Shown: positions 49,429 through 58,973 of the stretch, in pieces
Numbering within the stretch: the stretch's first letter is position 1
Layout: each line of letters opens with the position of its first letter
IMG/VR virus record: IMGVR_UViG_3300044844_000928
From: a virus
Length of the DNA stretch: 64,000 bases
Strand: one strand, 5' to 3'
The notes under the pieces: generated by a model
The model's database searches: none
What the model was told of the DNA's origin: nothing
Seen by the model: the letters and a program-made list of their open reading frames with translations, nothing else
Position numbers and translations under genes: made by a program

Positions 49429-50787
49429 TAGCCGGCTTTGTGCCGGCTTTTTGCTCCTAAAAATAAATTTAAAAATAATTAAAAAAAAGCTTTACTTTTG
49501 GAAATAATCAAGTATAATAGAGTCTAATGAAGTTAAACCGTAATGATATTTGGAGTGTGTAAAATGATTAGATTTATTATTGGCTTTTTGGTTATGTTAG
49601 GCGCATCAAGTTTGACTGATGTTGAACCTACTGTTTCTTTGCTGAACATTTTTGGGTTAGCGGTACTGGGTATTTCTTTAATGGCAAGTGGTACTATTGC
49701 CTTGCGTAAAAAAGAATTTGAAAATAATTAAAATAAAGCTTTACTTTTACAAAATTAGTAGTATAATAGAGTCTAATGAAGTTAAACCTTAATGAATTAT
49801 TTGGAGCGTATAAAATGACTAATAAAATTAAATTGACTGAAGTAGTGGCTTTAATCGCTGCTGAGTTTAAAGCAACACCTGCTAAAGAAGTTATAAAAAA
49901 CCAATTCAACCCTGAACATAAAGCAATTAGAAAATTGGTCGAAAATACCTATTCAGTATCAGAAGATATTTCTTACACTTTATTACAGGTTGCATACGGC
50001 TTTTATGGTAAAGAACATTATATTGAACGCCAAGCAAACGCTGAGCAAAGATTACAGTATGCCGATAGTTACCAAGCCGGTTCATGGGATAGAGAAGATA
50101 TTAAGTATTACTCTGATATCAACCACTTCTTAAAACACAATGTTGAGTAAAATTATTTTTAAAAAAGATAAAAAAAGCTTTACTTTTACAAAAAACATAG
50201 TATAATAGATCGTAATGAAGTTAAACCTTAATGAATTATCCGGAGCGTATAAAATGACTAACCAAACTTCTTCTAAAGCTAAATTTACTCCTGACGAATA
50301 CTTAGGCGTTGCAGTTGCCTTTTATAACCGTTCGCCAAAAGGCGTTTCTGGTTTAACTAAAACTGACTTTGAATTGACTAACGCATATTTCGGCGTTAAA
50401 GGCGCTCCATCGTTTTTATGGAAATGGCAACGTGATAACAGAATCTCTACTGGTATCTACGCTATTCCTAATGTGTCTGTCGTTGACTTAGCTGATAACG
50501 ATATCGAAACTAACGATGTTGAGTTTGAATCAAATATCCGTACCCAATTGTACAAAACTATTGACACTGAAGGTAATTACCAAGTTGTGTTTTTAAACAA
50601 CGATCGCGTTAATGTTAACGTTGATACCGCTGAAAAAGTGTTATCGTTTTTAGATTTATTGAAACCAGAATTAAGATTAACCGTTCAAGAAGCTATCGTT
50701 GAATCTGTAGCTAAATTTAACGCTGTTGTTGCTATGATTTAATTCATTACTCTCCGAAGTCTGCCGGCTATTAAGCCGGCTTTTTTA
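49429..50787 (+). other. three single-gene early cassettes (genes at 49564, 49814-50150 region and 50253-50742 region) bounded by GCCGGC terminators
   Basis: Type I promoter/leader at ~49484, ~49730 and ~50171; hairpins at 49429-49452 and 50763-50787. Confidence 0.8.
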
Positions 50788-50830
50788 CGCCTGAAATTCA
50801 CTAAATAATAGTATCAAAATAGGAGATTTT

Positions 50831-52261
50831 ATGTTAACATTTAAAGATTTTAGAAATAGGCTAAACCAGCTTGATGAAGGCACAGAATATCACCTTGGAC
50901 AAAGTGGATTTATTAAACTATTAGAAAAAAATCCAAACTTCAAACCATTAGTGGACGCACTAGAATCAGTTTCGTCCCAATTACATTTGTTGGTTAAAGA
51001 TGATACTTTATCTAATGTAATCACGTTTAAGGTTTTAACCGGTAAAGATTTCACTAAAATTGAATCAATATTCAATAAAGTGATTCACATTGTGTCTGAT
51101 GTAAAGGTTAAGCATGGTGTTCAAATTGAATTCAAATACGAAGGTGTTAAATTCGTATTGTATAGTTCCGGCGGTAGGTTAACCAATGTATTTGATGAGC
51201 AAGGAAATAAGCTTAAAGACTCAGCGCCTAAAACTGAGCAACAAGAAGATGCTGTAACCTTTGCGCTTAATCAACACTCATTACCAACTGAAGATGAAAT
51301 TAATAAAAAGATTGGGTTCAAGTTTGATTCTAAATGGCACCATTCTTTTGCTAGAACGTATAATTTAATCACTAACCAACTTGGAATAGGACAATATACA
51401 TTTTATAGAGATTCGAGCAAAAATAAGCCGGCTATTCTTAACAAAATGATGACGTCCAAATATCTGCCAGACTCAAAAGATAACTGGAATCCTTCTGACG
51501 TTTGGGCTATACATAATGGCAAAGAACAAGAAGTGACTGCGCGAATTCAAGAAGTGCTATCATTATTCGATAAAAAACAAGCTACCATTTATGATTTGAA
51601 CCTTGAACTTGAAAACCTGTTCATAGAAAAATTATTGATTGGAATTTCTTTAAAGAAAATTGAAAAAGGCGCGGGTTCAATTAAACCGGTAAAGGTAACA
51701 GAACATTATGTTAGTTCTGTTAAATTCGTTAATCCTATTTCAGAATCTAAATTCAAATATGACACAACATTGAGTTACATTGATTTGAACTGCGAATTCA
51801 ACGTGTTAAATGATTCTATAAATTATCAGTTTAGAATTGCACCAAGAGCTTCTTCTGGTGATTTGAATCTTTACATACAGGGCGCTATTTTTCCACAAAA
51901 GGGTAAATGGGATGGGTCTGTATCTAAGATATTACTTAACACATCAACTGAAAATAAAATTGCTGATTTTAAACAAACTGCTGAAGTATTAGAGGTAGGT
52001 AATACCGTTCAACAAGGATTAGTGGCACTAGGCGATGAAAACTTTACGAATTGGGTAAATAAAGGAAGTTCAGTATTCCTTAGTTCTATTACAGGAATAG
52101 ATGATGAATTAAAGGATACATATACAATTAAACGGGCGTTATGCTTATTGAATTTCGTATATGAGTTAGAACAGTTAAACATTCCAGATATATTTAGAAA
52201 AATGTTCTTGAGTTCAACTAAGATGAATGATTTTTCATCTATCCATTTTAAAGTATCATAA
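50831..52261 (+). CDS. CTS-like protein with PD-(D/E)XK nuclease-like motifs
   Basis: MLTFKDFRNRLNQLDE; T..QE, DNWNPSDVW, LIGISLKK; CTAAATA at 50801. Confidence 0.65.
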   Translation: MLTFKDFRNRLNQLDEGTEYHLGQSGFIKLLEKNPNFKPLVDALESVSSQLHLLVKDDTLSNVITFKVLTGKDFTKIESIFNKVIHIVSDVKVKHGVQIEFKYEGVKFVLYSSGGRLTNVFDEQGNKLKDSAPKTEQQEDAVTFALNQHSLPTEDEINKKIGFKFDSKWHHSFARTYNLITNQLGIGQYTFYRDSSKNKPAILNKMMTSKYLPDSKDNWNPSDVWAIHNGKEQEVTARIQEVLSLFDKKQATIYDLNLELENLFIEKLLIGISLKKIEKGAGSIKPVKVTEHYVSSVKFVNPISESKFKYDTTLSYIDLNCEFNVLNDSINYQFRIAPRASSGDLNLYIQGAIFPQKGKWDGSVSKILLNTSTENKIADFKQTAEVLEVGNTVQQGLVALGDENFTNWVNKGSSVFLSSITGIDDELKDTYTIKRALCLLNFVYELEQLNIPDIFRKMFLSSTKMNDFSSIHFKVS

Positions 52262-52310
52262 CACGCTAAATATAATAAACACGATAATGAATATATCGTC
52301 TCCTACACAC

Positions 52311-53003
52311 TTAACATTTTTTATTGGCACTTACAATTTCTCCAGTTGACCATCTAATATCATTTTTAGAAATTCGACCTAAAGATTCTCCGGTTGACAC
52401 TAATTTTGCTGAAGCTGTGTTTAAACTTGTTTCAGATGCACGCATTCTTTGGTATTCTGATTGAGGTTTCTGTATATAATTTTCGTGTATAGTTTTCCAT
52501 TGTAAAGCTTCTTTACAAGTTACACCACCATAAATTTCTTTATTTGAATAAAATTGTTCTTTTGTTACACGCACTCGTGTATTAAGTTGTTTATCCCACG
52601 CAGATACCATCCCATAACCTATATTGGAAGAACCGCGTTGACTTTCTGAAAACATCTTTTTAGCCGCAGCATATAGCACAGATAATGACCGTTGATGTTT
52701 TTGTTTATTCTGATTGCACATGCCGTTAAATGCTGAAATCATTTTGTAATTATTTGTTGCTTTAGCCAACAAATAATGTGCAATAAAATGTGCTCTGTGT
52801 GGAAGTTTAATTAAATTAAAATTTGATATTTTAAATTCTGGAAATAATGATTTAGGTAATATGTGATGATATTCAAAATATCCACTTATTGTGTATTGCA
52901 TAGACTCATAATGATTAATAAATTTTATGTATCTATCCATGTATAATTTATTTTCACTTATCGCAAAAAGTTTTTCTGTTACGCATATATTTGTACTGGT
53001 CAT
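52311..53003 (-). mobile_element. free-standing HNH homing endonuclease (Mob-like)
   Basis: RYIKFI...YFEYHHILPKSLFP......NLIKL..RAHFIAHYLLAK. Confidence 0.88.
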
Positions 53004-53106
53004 AGTAATTTCCTTAAATTATCTTTAGAATGATTAGCGCTACTGGGAATTGACGTTCCGCGAGTGGCTTTTATAAATTTTTCTATTATATTTAACAAGG
53101 TTTAAC

Positions 53107-54252
53107 ATGAGTTTATTACACGAATATTTAAAAGTTGATAATTTAAATGGTGGTTATGGGCAACCACAATTATTATTATGTGGCGGAAATGTATCTATTG
53201 GTGACATTTCCGCAGAACGTATCGACCTCTCAAAAATAAAACGTGACGACATTGTACCTGTCCTTGATGACGCACTTCATAAAATGTCTGCAGCATTCAC
53301 TAAAATGAACGGCTTACCTTTATGGGACGCAAAGTTACTTAAATCAAAAGAATTTTTATCTGGTTCAGCGTTCCACTTTTTCGATTTAAAACATATCGAT
53401 TCAAACATGTTCTCTTCTAAAAAGAAATCTGTTGGTGATATTGATACCCAAGCAGACGTTCTATTAACGCCTATGATTGAAGATTGGTTAATCAAATCTG
53501 TCAATCAAACATACGGCGACCTTACCTTAATCGGTCATAAAAATTCTGCTGGTCAATTTATTTCATTATGGTACTCTAAACAGTTTGATATTAATATTCA
53601 GATTGATTTTGAATTGGTTGACTTTAAAAACGGTAAACCAACAGAATGGAGTAATTTCTCTCATTCATCATCTTGGACAGATATCGTTGAAGGAATTAAA
53701 GGTTTACATCATAAATTCTTGATGCAAAGTTTAGCCGCAGATAAAAAAGAGCCAATCATTATTCTTACAGGTAAAACCAGAAAGCCTAAAGAAACTGATA
53801 AGACTAAGTTAGCATTCTCTGTTCAAAAAGGCTTGAGACTCCGTTACGTTCCGCATTTAGATGATGCTGGGAATATCGTTATGCAAAACGGTAAACCTGT
53901 GTATGATGAAATTGATGCTAAAGATTCTGTAATCCATACCGAACTTGAAACAATTTTTGATATCTATTTTGAAAGAAAAGCTACTAAAGCCGATATCGAA
54001 AGTATGAAGTCGTTTATAGGCTTAGTGAAACTGGTTAAACAATATAAATCGCATGCACAAATTGCTGAAATTTTTGACGATTACGTTGAAAGATTGTTTG
54101 GCAAAGGCGCTCAAGGAATCGTTAAAGGAAATCCTTTAGGTGATTATGATGAGAAGTTTCCTGGAGTTTATTATTTCTCTCAACAAGCTAATATCAATCT
54201 AGACAAATACAAACAGATGATTGCTGATTACTATAAAAATTACAAGGTGTAA
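53107..54252 (+). CDS. DNA polymerase beta-superfamily nucleotidyltransferase-like protein
   Basis: LSGS...VGDID...IQIDFE signature; KGLHHK. Confidence 0.7.
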   Translation: MSLLHEYLKVDNLNGGYGQPQLLLCGGNVSIGDISAERIDLSKIKRDDIVPVLDDALHKMSAAFTKMNGLPLWDAKLLKSKEFLSGSAFHFFDLKHIDSNMFSSKKKSVGDIDTQADVLLTPMIEDWLIKSVNQTYGDLTLIGHKNSAGQFISLWYSKQFDINIQIDFELVDFKNGKPTEWSNFSHSSSWTDIVEGIKGLHHKFLMQSLAADKKEPIIILTGKTRKPKETDKTKLAFSVQKGLRLRYVPHLDDAGNIVMQNGKPVYDEIDAKDSVIHTELETIFDIYFERKATKADIESMKSFIGLVKLVKQYKSHAQIAEIFDDYVERLFGKGAQGIVKGNPLGDYDEKFPGVYYFSQQANINLDKYKQMIADYYKNYKV

Positions 54253-54253
54253 T

Positions 54254-55159
54254 ATGATAACATTTAGTCAACTTAGAGCAAAATTAGACGAAGCAGTTGT
54301 TGCTACCAGTCGTGAATCTATTATCCATCTTCAAGGAATGAAGGATGTTGAGTTTATCAATTTTATGCGTTCAGTTAAATCTGAACTCAAAGGTAAACTT
54401 AAGAACATACCGGTAGCGCTTAAAGTGGATGGATTTGGTTTCAGAGTAGGTAAAAATGACGCCGGTAAAATATACGTTGAGTCTTCACGTTCTGGTCCAA
54501 TTTTTGATTCAGGCGCGTTCACTTCATTCAATAAATCTAAAGGTGTTACCGATCCTATTGTGCTTGAACGCTCGGCACATTATGATGACGTTCTTGAGCA
54601 TTTTAAATCAAGTAAATTTGCCGCCGTTTTACCTACCGATTCAAAGGTTGTCGTAGAAACGCTATATAATCCATTGGGTAAACAAGAAAATGATTGGATT
54701 CAGTTTGTGTCTGTCAAATATGACAAATCTAAACTGGGTTCTTTAATGACATTATTTCCTTTGAAAGTTTTAGTATCATCAACCGGTGAAACTCATCCTG
54801 ATGAAGCAGAAATACTCAAGGCGCTTTATGCTACTTCAAGCGATTCAATTAAGGTTCTTGATCCAACATTAAAAATGAAAGAGATTGATATTTCTGGATT
54901 TATTAGTCCTCTTGATTCAATCACAGACAGAACGATTGAAATTATCAACAGCAGAAAAGCCGCAGATAAAGAAGAAAAGTTAGCGGTAAAGGCTATGCTT
55001 CAAAAACTGAAAGATGAGTTGGCTGAATACATTATATCTCATCAAAACATACAAGGCAAAGATATGATTGGTAAAAATTTAGAGGGTATCGTTATGAAGA
55101 TATCTGATAAATTAGTTAAAATTACTACAACTGAATTTAAAAACAGAGCTAAATTATGA
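54254..55159 (+). CDS. ligase-like (KxDG) nucleotidyltransferase-fold protein with CTS-like N-terminus
   Basis: MITFSQLRAKLDEA; I.HL; LKVDG; EGIV; VKIT..F. Confidence 0.65.
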   Translation: MITFSQLRAKLDEAVVATSRESIIHLQGMKDVEFINFMRSVKSELKGKLKNIPVALKVDGFGFRVGKNDAGKIYVESSRSGPIFDSGAFTSFNKSKGVTDPIVLERSAHYDDVLEHFKSSKFAAVLPTDSKVVVETLYNPLGKQENDWIQFVSVKYDKSKLGSLMTLFPLKVLVSSTGETHPDEAEILKALYATSSDSIKVLDPTLKMKEIDISGFISPLDSITDRTIEIINSRKAADKEEKLAVKAMLQKLKDELAEYIISHQNIQGKDMIGKNLEGIVMKISDKLVKITTTEFKNRAKL

Positions 55160-55779
55160 AAAAGACATTAGTATGTGCGTTCGGCAGAGCAAACATTTTT
55201 CATAAAGGTCATATGGCGTTGGTTACTGAAATTGAAAGAATTGCCAAACAACATGATGCAGACCCAGCTGTATTTTTATCTCATACAGAAAATAAAAAGA
55301 ACCCACTTCCATATGATGTAAAAGCTAAACTGATGAATAAATGGACTCGTGGTACGGTCAAACTTGACCCAGATACTAAAGTCAAAATCATAGGTAACTT
55401 ATTACATTATGCAAATGAACATAATTATGAGAATATAATTATTGTATGTGGTTCGGATAGATATCCTGAATACAGTAAATCTTTGCCGGCTTTTGCTGAA
55501 AGCCGAGATTATTTCAAATTCAAAAGTGTAAAGGTAATGGCGCTTCAACGCGATCCAGATGCAGATGAAAGCGATGCTGCTAGTATGTCTGGCACAGCTA
55601 TGCGCAAATATGTTACTGAGGGCGATTTTGATTCTTTTAGAAAATCTTTACCAGATCCTTGTACTGATGCTGAAGCTAAAATCGTTTGGAAGTTAGCGCA
55701 AAAGGGGTTAGGCGTTAAAGGCTTGACTGAATCAATATTATCTTATAAAGACTTTAAGGTGCTTAATGAAACAGAATAA
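55156..55779 (+). CDS. cytidyltransferase-like (HxGH) protein of T4-like phages
   Basis: FGR....HKGH; KNPL....K; GSDR; RDPDA; MSGT.MR. Confidence 0.85.
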   Translation: MKKTLVCAFGRANIFHKGHMALVTEIERIAKQHDADPAVFLSHTENKKNPLPYDVKAKLMNKWTRGTVKLDPDTKVKIIGNLLHYANEHNYENIIIVCGSDRYPEYSKSLPAFAESRDYFKFKSVKVMALQRDPDADESDAASMSGTAMRKYVTEGDFDSFRKSLPDPCTDAEAKIVWKLAQKGLGVKGLTESILSYKDFKVLNETE

Positions 55780-56665
55780 AGATGTAATCAAAATTTTAGC
55801 AGATATCTTTGGTGTTGACCTTAAAGATAAAGACGCTAATGCTAAGATATTAAAGAAGTTAAAAACGGCTAATGTGCCGGCAGAATTAAAACAATCGGCT
55901 ATGAATATTCTTATGCCAACGACATCTGAGAGTGTTATGAATTTTAAAGATTTTAGAAAAAAATTAATGGAACACGGTTCTGTTTCTATGTCTACATCTT
56001 CTGATATAACTAAGCCGGTAGACAATGACCGCAAAGTGGCAGGAAAACAAGGCGATGAAACCGGTAAATTCGCAGACGTGAATATGGATATTGAAGATGG
56101 CATGGAACATATGTCTGATGAAGAAATCGATAATATGCTAGGCGATGTTAACGATCTTGAAGATCTAGTTGACTTAGGTGGCGTAGATTCAGACGAATTG
56201 CATGTTGTGAGTGATACAGGCGATTCTGTTGCTGATGTTGTTGATGACGATGATGACGAAGCAGGCGAATCTGCGGGTAAACTTAAAAAATCAAAACAAG
56301 ACCCATTAGAGGGAGAATTGTCTACTGTTGATGAAGCTTGGAAAGGGTTAACCGTAGCGGATAGAATTAAACGCAGACAAGTATTTGCCAGAAGCGCGGT
56401 TAAACGTCAACGCGGTATGAAATTGGCTTTACACACTATGCCTTCTCCTCAAAGAATTGAAGACCGCGCACGTAGAACTGCGGTCGGTTTGTTAAAAAGA
56501 AAACTTTCTAATGGTAAGTCTGATGCGGAATTGACTTTACCTGAAAAGCAAAGAATGGAAAGAATCATTGCCAAGAAAGGACCTCTGCTAGCCAAAATGG
56601 CGGCAAAATTAACTAGCAAAGTGAAACAAATTGCTATCTCTAGATTTAAGCATCGCCCACACTAA
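55766..56665 (+). CDS. putative head-associated protein, acidic middle and basic C-terminus (alternative start 55937)
   Basis: Internal MNFKDFRKKLMEH CTS-like motif; R..R...F.R...K..R basic domain. Confidence 0.65.
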   Translation: MKQNKDVIKILADIFGVDLKDKDANAKILKKLKTANVPAELKQSAMNILMPTTSESVMNFKDFRKKLMEHGSVSMSTSSDITKPVDNDRKVAGKQGDETGKFADVNMDIEDGMEHMSDEEIDNMLGDVNDLEDLVDLGGVDSDELHVVSDTGDSVADVVDDDDDEAGESAGKLKKSKQDPLEGELSTVDEAWKGLTVADRIKRRQVFARSAVKRQRGMKLALHTMPSPQRIEDRARRTAVGLLKRKLSNGKSDAELTLPEKQRMERIIAKKGPLLAKMAAKLTSKVKQIAISRFKHRPH

Positions 56666-56677
56666 AAGGAAACAACA

Positions 56678-57262
56678 ATGAGTTTATGGAAAAAAGAAGA
56701 TACTGAAGCTGGCGTTCCAGCTTATTTGTCAGAAGAAGATCGTAAAAAAGCTATTTTTGTAGATAATACTGAAGCAGCTGACGCAGATACTAAAGCAAAG
56801 GGTATTACCGGACCAGGATGGTGGTTATACGAAAGTCGTAAAGATTCATCTGGCACTCTTCGTCATTATGCTGAAAAATTAGTCCCAATGAGAGCTGTAG
56901 CTGGTGTTAGTGTTGATGACCGTATCGGCGATACCAATATCGAAGTTGCTGATACTTATGTATTATCTGTAACAACTGCACCGGTTAACCGTTCAGTCAC
57001 AGCTCCAGCGGCTACTACGTTTGGTGTCACTGCTGCTATCTCTTCAGGCGGCGGCTCTATTAGTTATCAATGGCAAGTTGCTAACGCAGGTTCTAAATCG
57101 TTTACTTCAATCACTAATGGTGGAGTTTATACTACGGCAACAACTGCAACATTGAATATTTCTAACACAACTGGTTTAACCGGTAAAAAATATCGTGTTA
57201 TTATTACTGCTACAAATGCTGTAGCTGTTACTTCAAGTTCTGCTACATTAACTGTCGCATAA
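56678..57262 (+). CDS. virion structural protein with C-terminal Ig-like domain
   Basis: MSLW...GI..PGW..Y...E.LV; then F.V.A....G..SYQWQ...ATL.I.......KYRV.I......S..ATLTV. Confidence 0.8.
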   Translation: MSLWKKEDTEAGVPAYLSEEDRKKAIFVDNTEAADADTKAKGITGPGWWLYESRKDSSGTLRHYAEKLVPMRAVAGVSVDDRIGDTNIEVADTYVLSVTTAPVNRSVTAPAATTFGVTAAISSGGGSISYQWQVANAGSKSFTSITNGGVYTTATTATLNISNTTGLTGKKYRVIITATNAVAVTSSSATLTVA

Positions 57263-57275
57263 CTATAGGTAATTT

Positions 57276-57623
57276 ATGGGTCTGAATAACGACAATTTTA
57301 TGTTGTTTTGTATAACACATTACGATAATGTGCAGTGTCATTCTTTTGATGAATTTAAAAAAGATTTGGCATTATTTGTTATGTTGAAAAAGTTGTTATT
57401 CAGATTCGTATACAAAGATGATGATTGTATACGACTAATCGTTAATAACATAACAACTCTATACAATTTATTTGGTGACGCAACACAGGAATTGTTGCTT
57501 TTCAAACTAGATAAAAAATATCATTCTATTGTATTTACAGTTCTGGCGTATCTTGGCAAAGTTAATTATAACGAATCCAATATGGATAAACTGACTGTTG
57601 AAAAACTTAAAGGATTATTATAA
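57276..57623 (+). CDS. conserved T4-like hypothetical protein
   Basis: L...NF.LF....YDN..C....EF..DL...RLI.N.I..L.N.FG. Confidence 0.75.
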   Translation: MGLNNDNFMLFCITHYDNVQCHSFDEFKKDLALFVMLKKLLFRFVYKDDDCIRLIVNNITTLYNLFGDATQELLLFKLDKKYHSIVFTVLAYLGKVNYNESNMDKLTVEKLKGLL

Positions 57624-58072
57624 TGACACCGATTACACATTCTGATGTAAATATAAATAAAAAGCAGATTACGCTCAACCCGCTGGTAGATAACTTGCTG
57701 GCGCTAAAGGTTTTGACTCTTTTGATTCAACCCTTTACAGAATATGATGCATATAAACTAGGTATTATTGATGGCGAAGGCAACGTCCTGAAACATTATA
57801 ATACATTGAACAAAGCAGAAGAAAAGGCGGCTACTAATTACCTCTATAGAATTGTGATTAACATTAAAAAATTAATTGCTAAACTGCCTATGGGTGATTG
57901 GTATATGCGACACCTTGCTACCTCTCTATTTTTGGTTAAAGAATCTTACGATAACCCAGAAATGGATTTAGCCTTACTTGAAGATAAATTCTTCTCTGTT
58001 TTACAATCTGAACAGCTAATCATTGAAGAACTTGCTGTAATAGAATTTATGAATAACCATAAGGAAAAATAA
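57623..58072 (+). CDS. conserved T4-like hypothetical protein (61.2-like)
   Basis: D.....K.L.LL..PF....AYKLGIID..G..LK; position upstream of primase. Confidence 0.7.
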   Translation: MTPITHSDVNINKKQITLNPLVDNLLALKVLTLLIQPFTEYDAYKLGIIDGEGNVLKHYNTLNKAEEKAATNYLYRIVINIKKLIAKLPMGDWYMRHLATSLFLVKESYDNPEMDLALLEDKFFSVLQSEQLIIEELAVIEFMNNHKEK

Positions 58073-58347
58073 TGTTAGGGTTTGAAGAATTTAAACAAAC
58101 TGTATTAGAAAGCCTTTCTTCTGATATCGAATATGAATTAATTGAAGAAAGCGAAAAGGGTGAATATGATGCGGTTGGCTGGCGAACAACTAAAACGCCA
58201 GAAGGGCATAAATGGCAAGTCCATGGTTTTAAATATGGCAAAGGTGAAACTGTTATCCATAGCGGTATTGAAGACACTAGAGCTAGAGCTGTAGGAAAAG
58301 CCAAAAAACATGTTGTCCCTGCAAGACGCGCAAACGAAACTAAATAA
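58072..58347 (+). CDS. small CTS-like protein
   Basis: MLGFEEFKQTVLES. Confidence 0.65.
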   Translation: MLGFEEFKQTVLESLSSDIEYELIEESEKGEYDAVGWRTTKTPEGHKWQVHGFKYGKGETVIHSGIEDTRARAVGKAKKHVVPARRANETK

Positions 58348-58386
58348 AAATAAAATAATCTAAACCGCTACGGCAGTTTACACTCC

Positions 58387-58413
58387 AACCCAGCCTAATC
58401 CGCTGGGTTTTTT
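58387..58413 (+). terminator. intrinsic terminator, same hairpin as at 16708
   Basis: acccagc-ctaatcc-gctgggttttt. Confidence 0.85.
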
Positions 58414-58459
58414 GTGCCTAATACTTCATAAAAGATATAATTTTTAACATAAAATTTCG

Positions 58460-58529
58460 TAAGTCATTGATTTTATTAGCTTTTATTAAAAATGCTTAAA
58501 ATATAAACCCGTTATAAATCAATGACTTA
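58460..58529. promoter_or_regulatory. pair of inverted IHF-consensus boxes
   Basis: AATCAATGACTTA (WATCAANNNNTTR) at 58460-58472 (-) and 58517-58529 (+). Confidence 0.65.
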
Positions 58530-58602
58530 CAAAATAACAAAATTAAGGGATGAAAAACGGGTAAAGGGTAAGGGGTCAAAAATATAGAACGCGATTTGAC
58601 GT

Positions 58603-58731
58603 AAAAATAAAACTTTACTTTATGTCCTCAAACACGTATAATAGCCTAGTCGGGCGTGAATTGAGGTTAAGCGCTTAAAAATATTCCTATATTGATTAAA
58701 GCTTTACTTTAGGTTCAATTCGCCGTATAAT
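58603..58731 (+). promoter_or_regulatory. type II element (copy 3) followed by a second sigma70-type promoter
   Basis: cacgTATAATagcctagtcgggcgtgaattgaggttaagcgcttaaaaatat; then TTTACT/TATAAT. Confidence 0.85.
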
Positions 58732-58755
58732 TAACTCTCTTTAAAAGGAAACATT

Positions 58756-58968
58756 ATGTATAATTATTTTGCTAGTCCATGGTTTATTTTCACAAGTATT
58801 TTGCTATTCTTTAGCGTAATTTTGTCTATCGTAATATTAACCGATGATGTTCCAGGAAATTACTATATGCAAAGGTTTGAAGCTTGCCAAGCAGATCCTA
58901 AGTGTGTGTATGATATTCACGATTTACCAGCTTCAAAAATCAGAGAATTCGCAAAATCTAAAGGGTAG
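58756..58968 (+). CDS. small membrane protein
   Basis: N-terminal transmembrane segment; AAGGA RBS. Confidence 0.6.
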   Translation: MYNYFASPWFIFTSILLFFSVILSIVILTDDVPGNYYMQRFEACQADPKCVYDIHDLPASKIREFAKSKG

Positions 58969-58973
58969 GTGCT

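Noticed and set aside
7378-50255. Repeats as a CRISPR array or attC-type integron
   Set aside because: Copies are dispersed, contain -35/-10 boxes and an RBS, and have gene-sized irregular spacing; no cas or integrase gene is present in the window.
55156-55779. Cytidyltransferase as the enzyme making CDP-inositol for the modification cluster
   Set aside because: It lies 7 kb away in a late-gene block, this family is common in T4-like phages generally, and known inositol-phosphate cytidylyltransferases are of a different fold.
2717-58304. Short antisense or nested ORFs in the track (e.g. 2717-, 5931-, 20811-, 28751-, 39338-, 48010-, 53277-, 58047-)
   Set aside because: They are shadows of well-supported genes on the opposite strand or in another frame, with no RBS or motifs.
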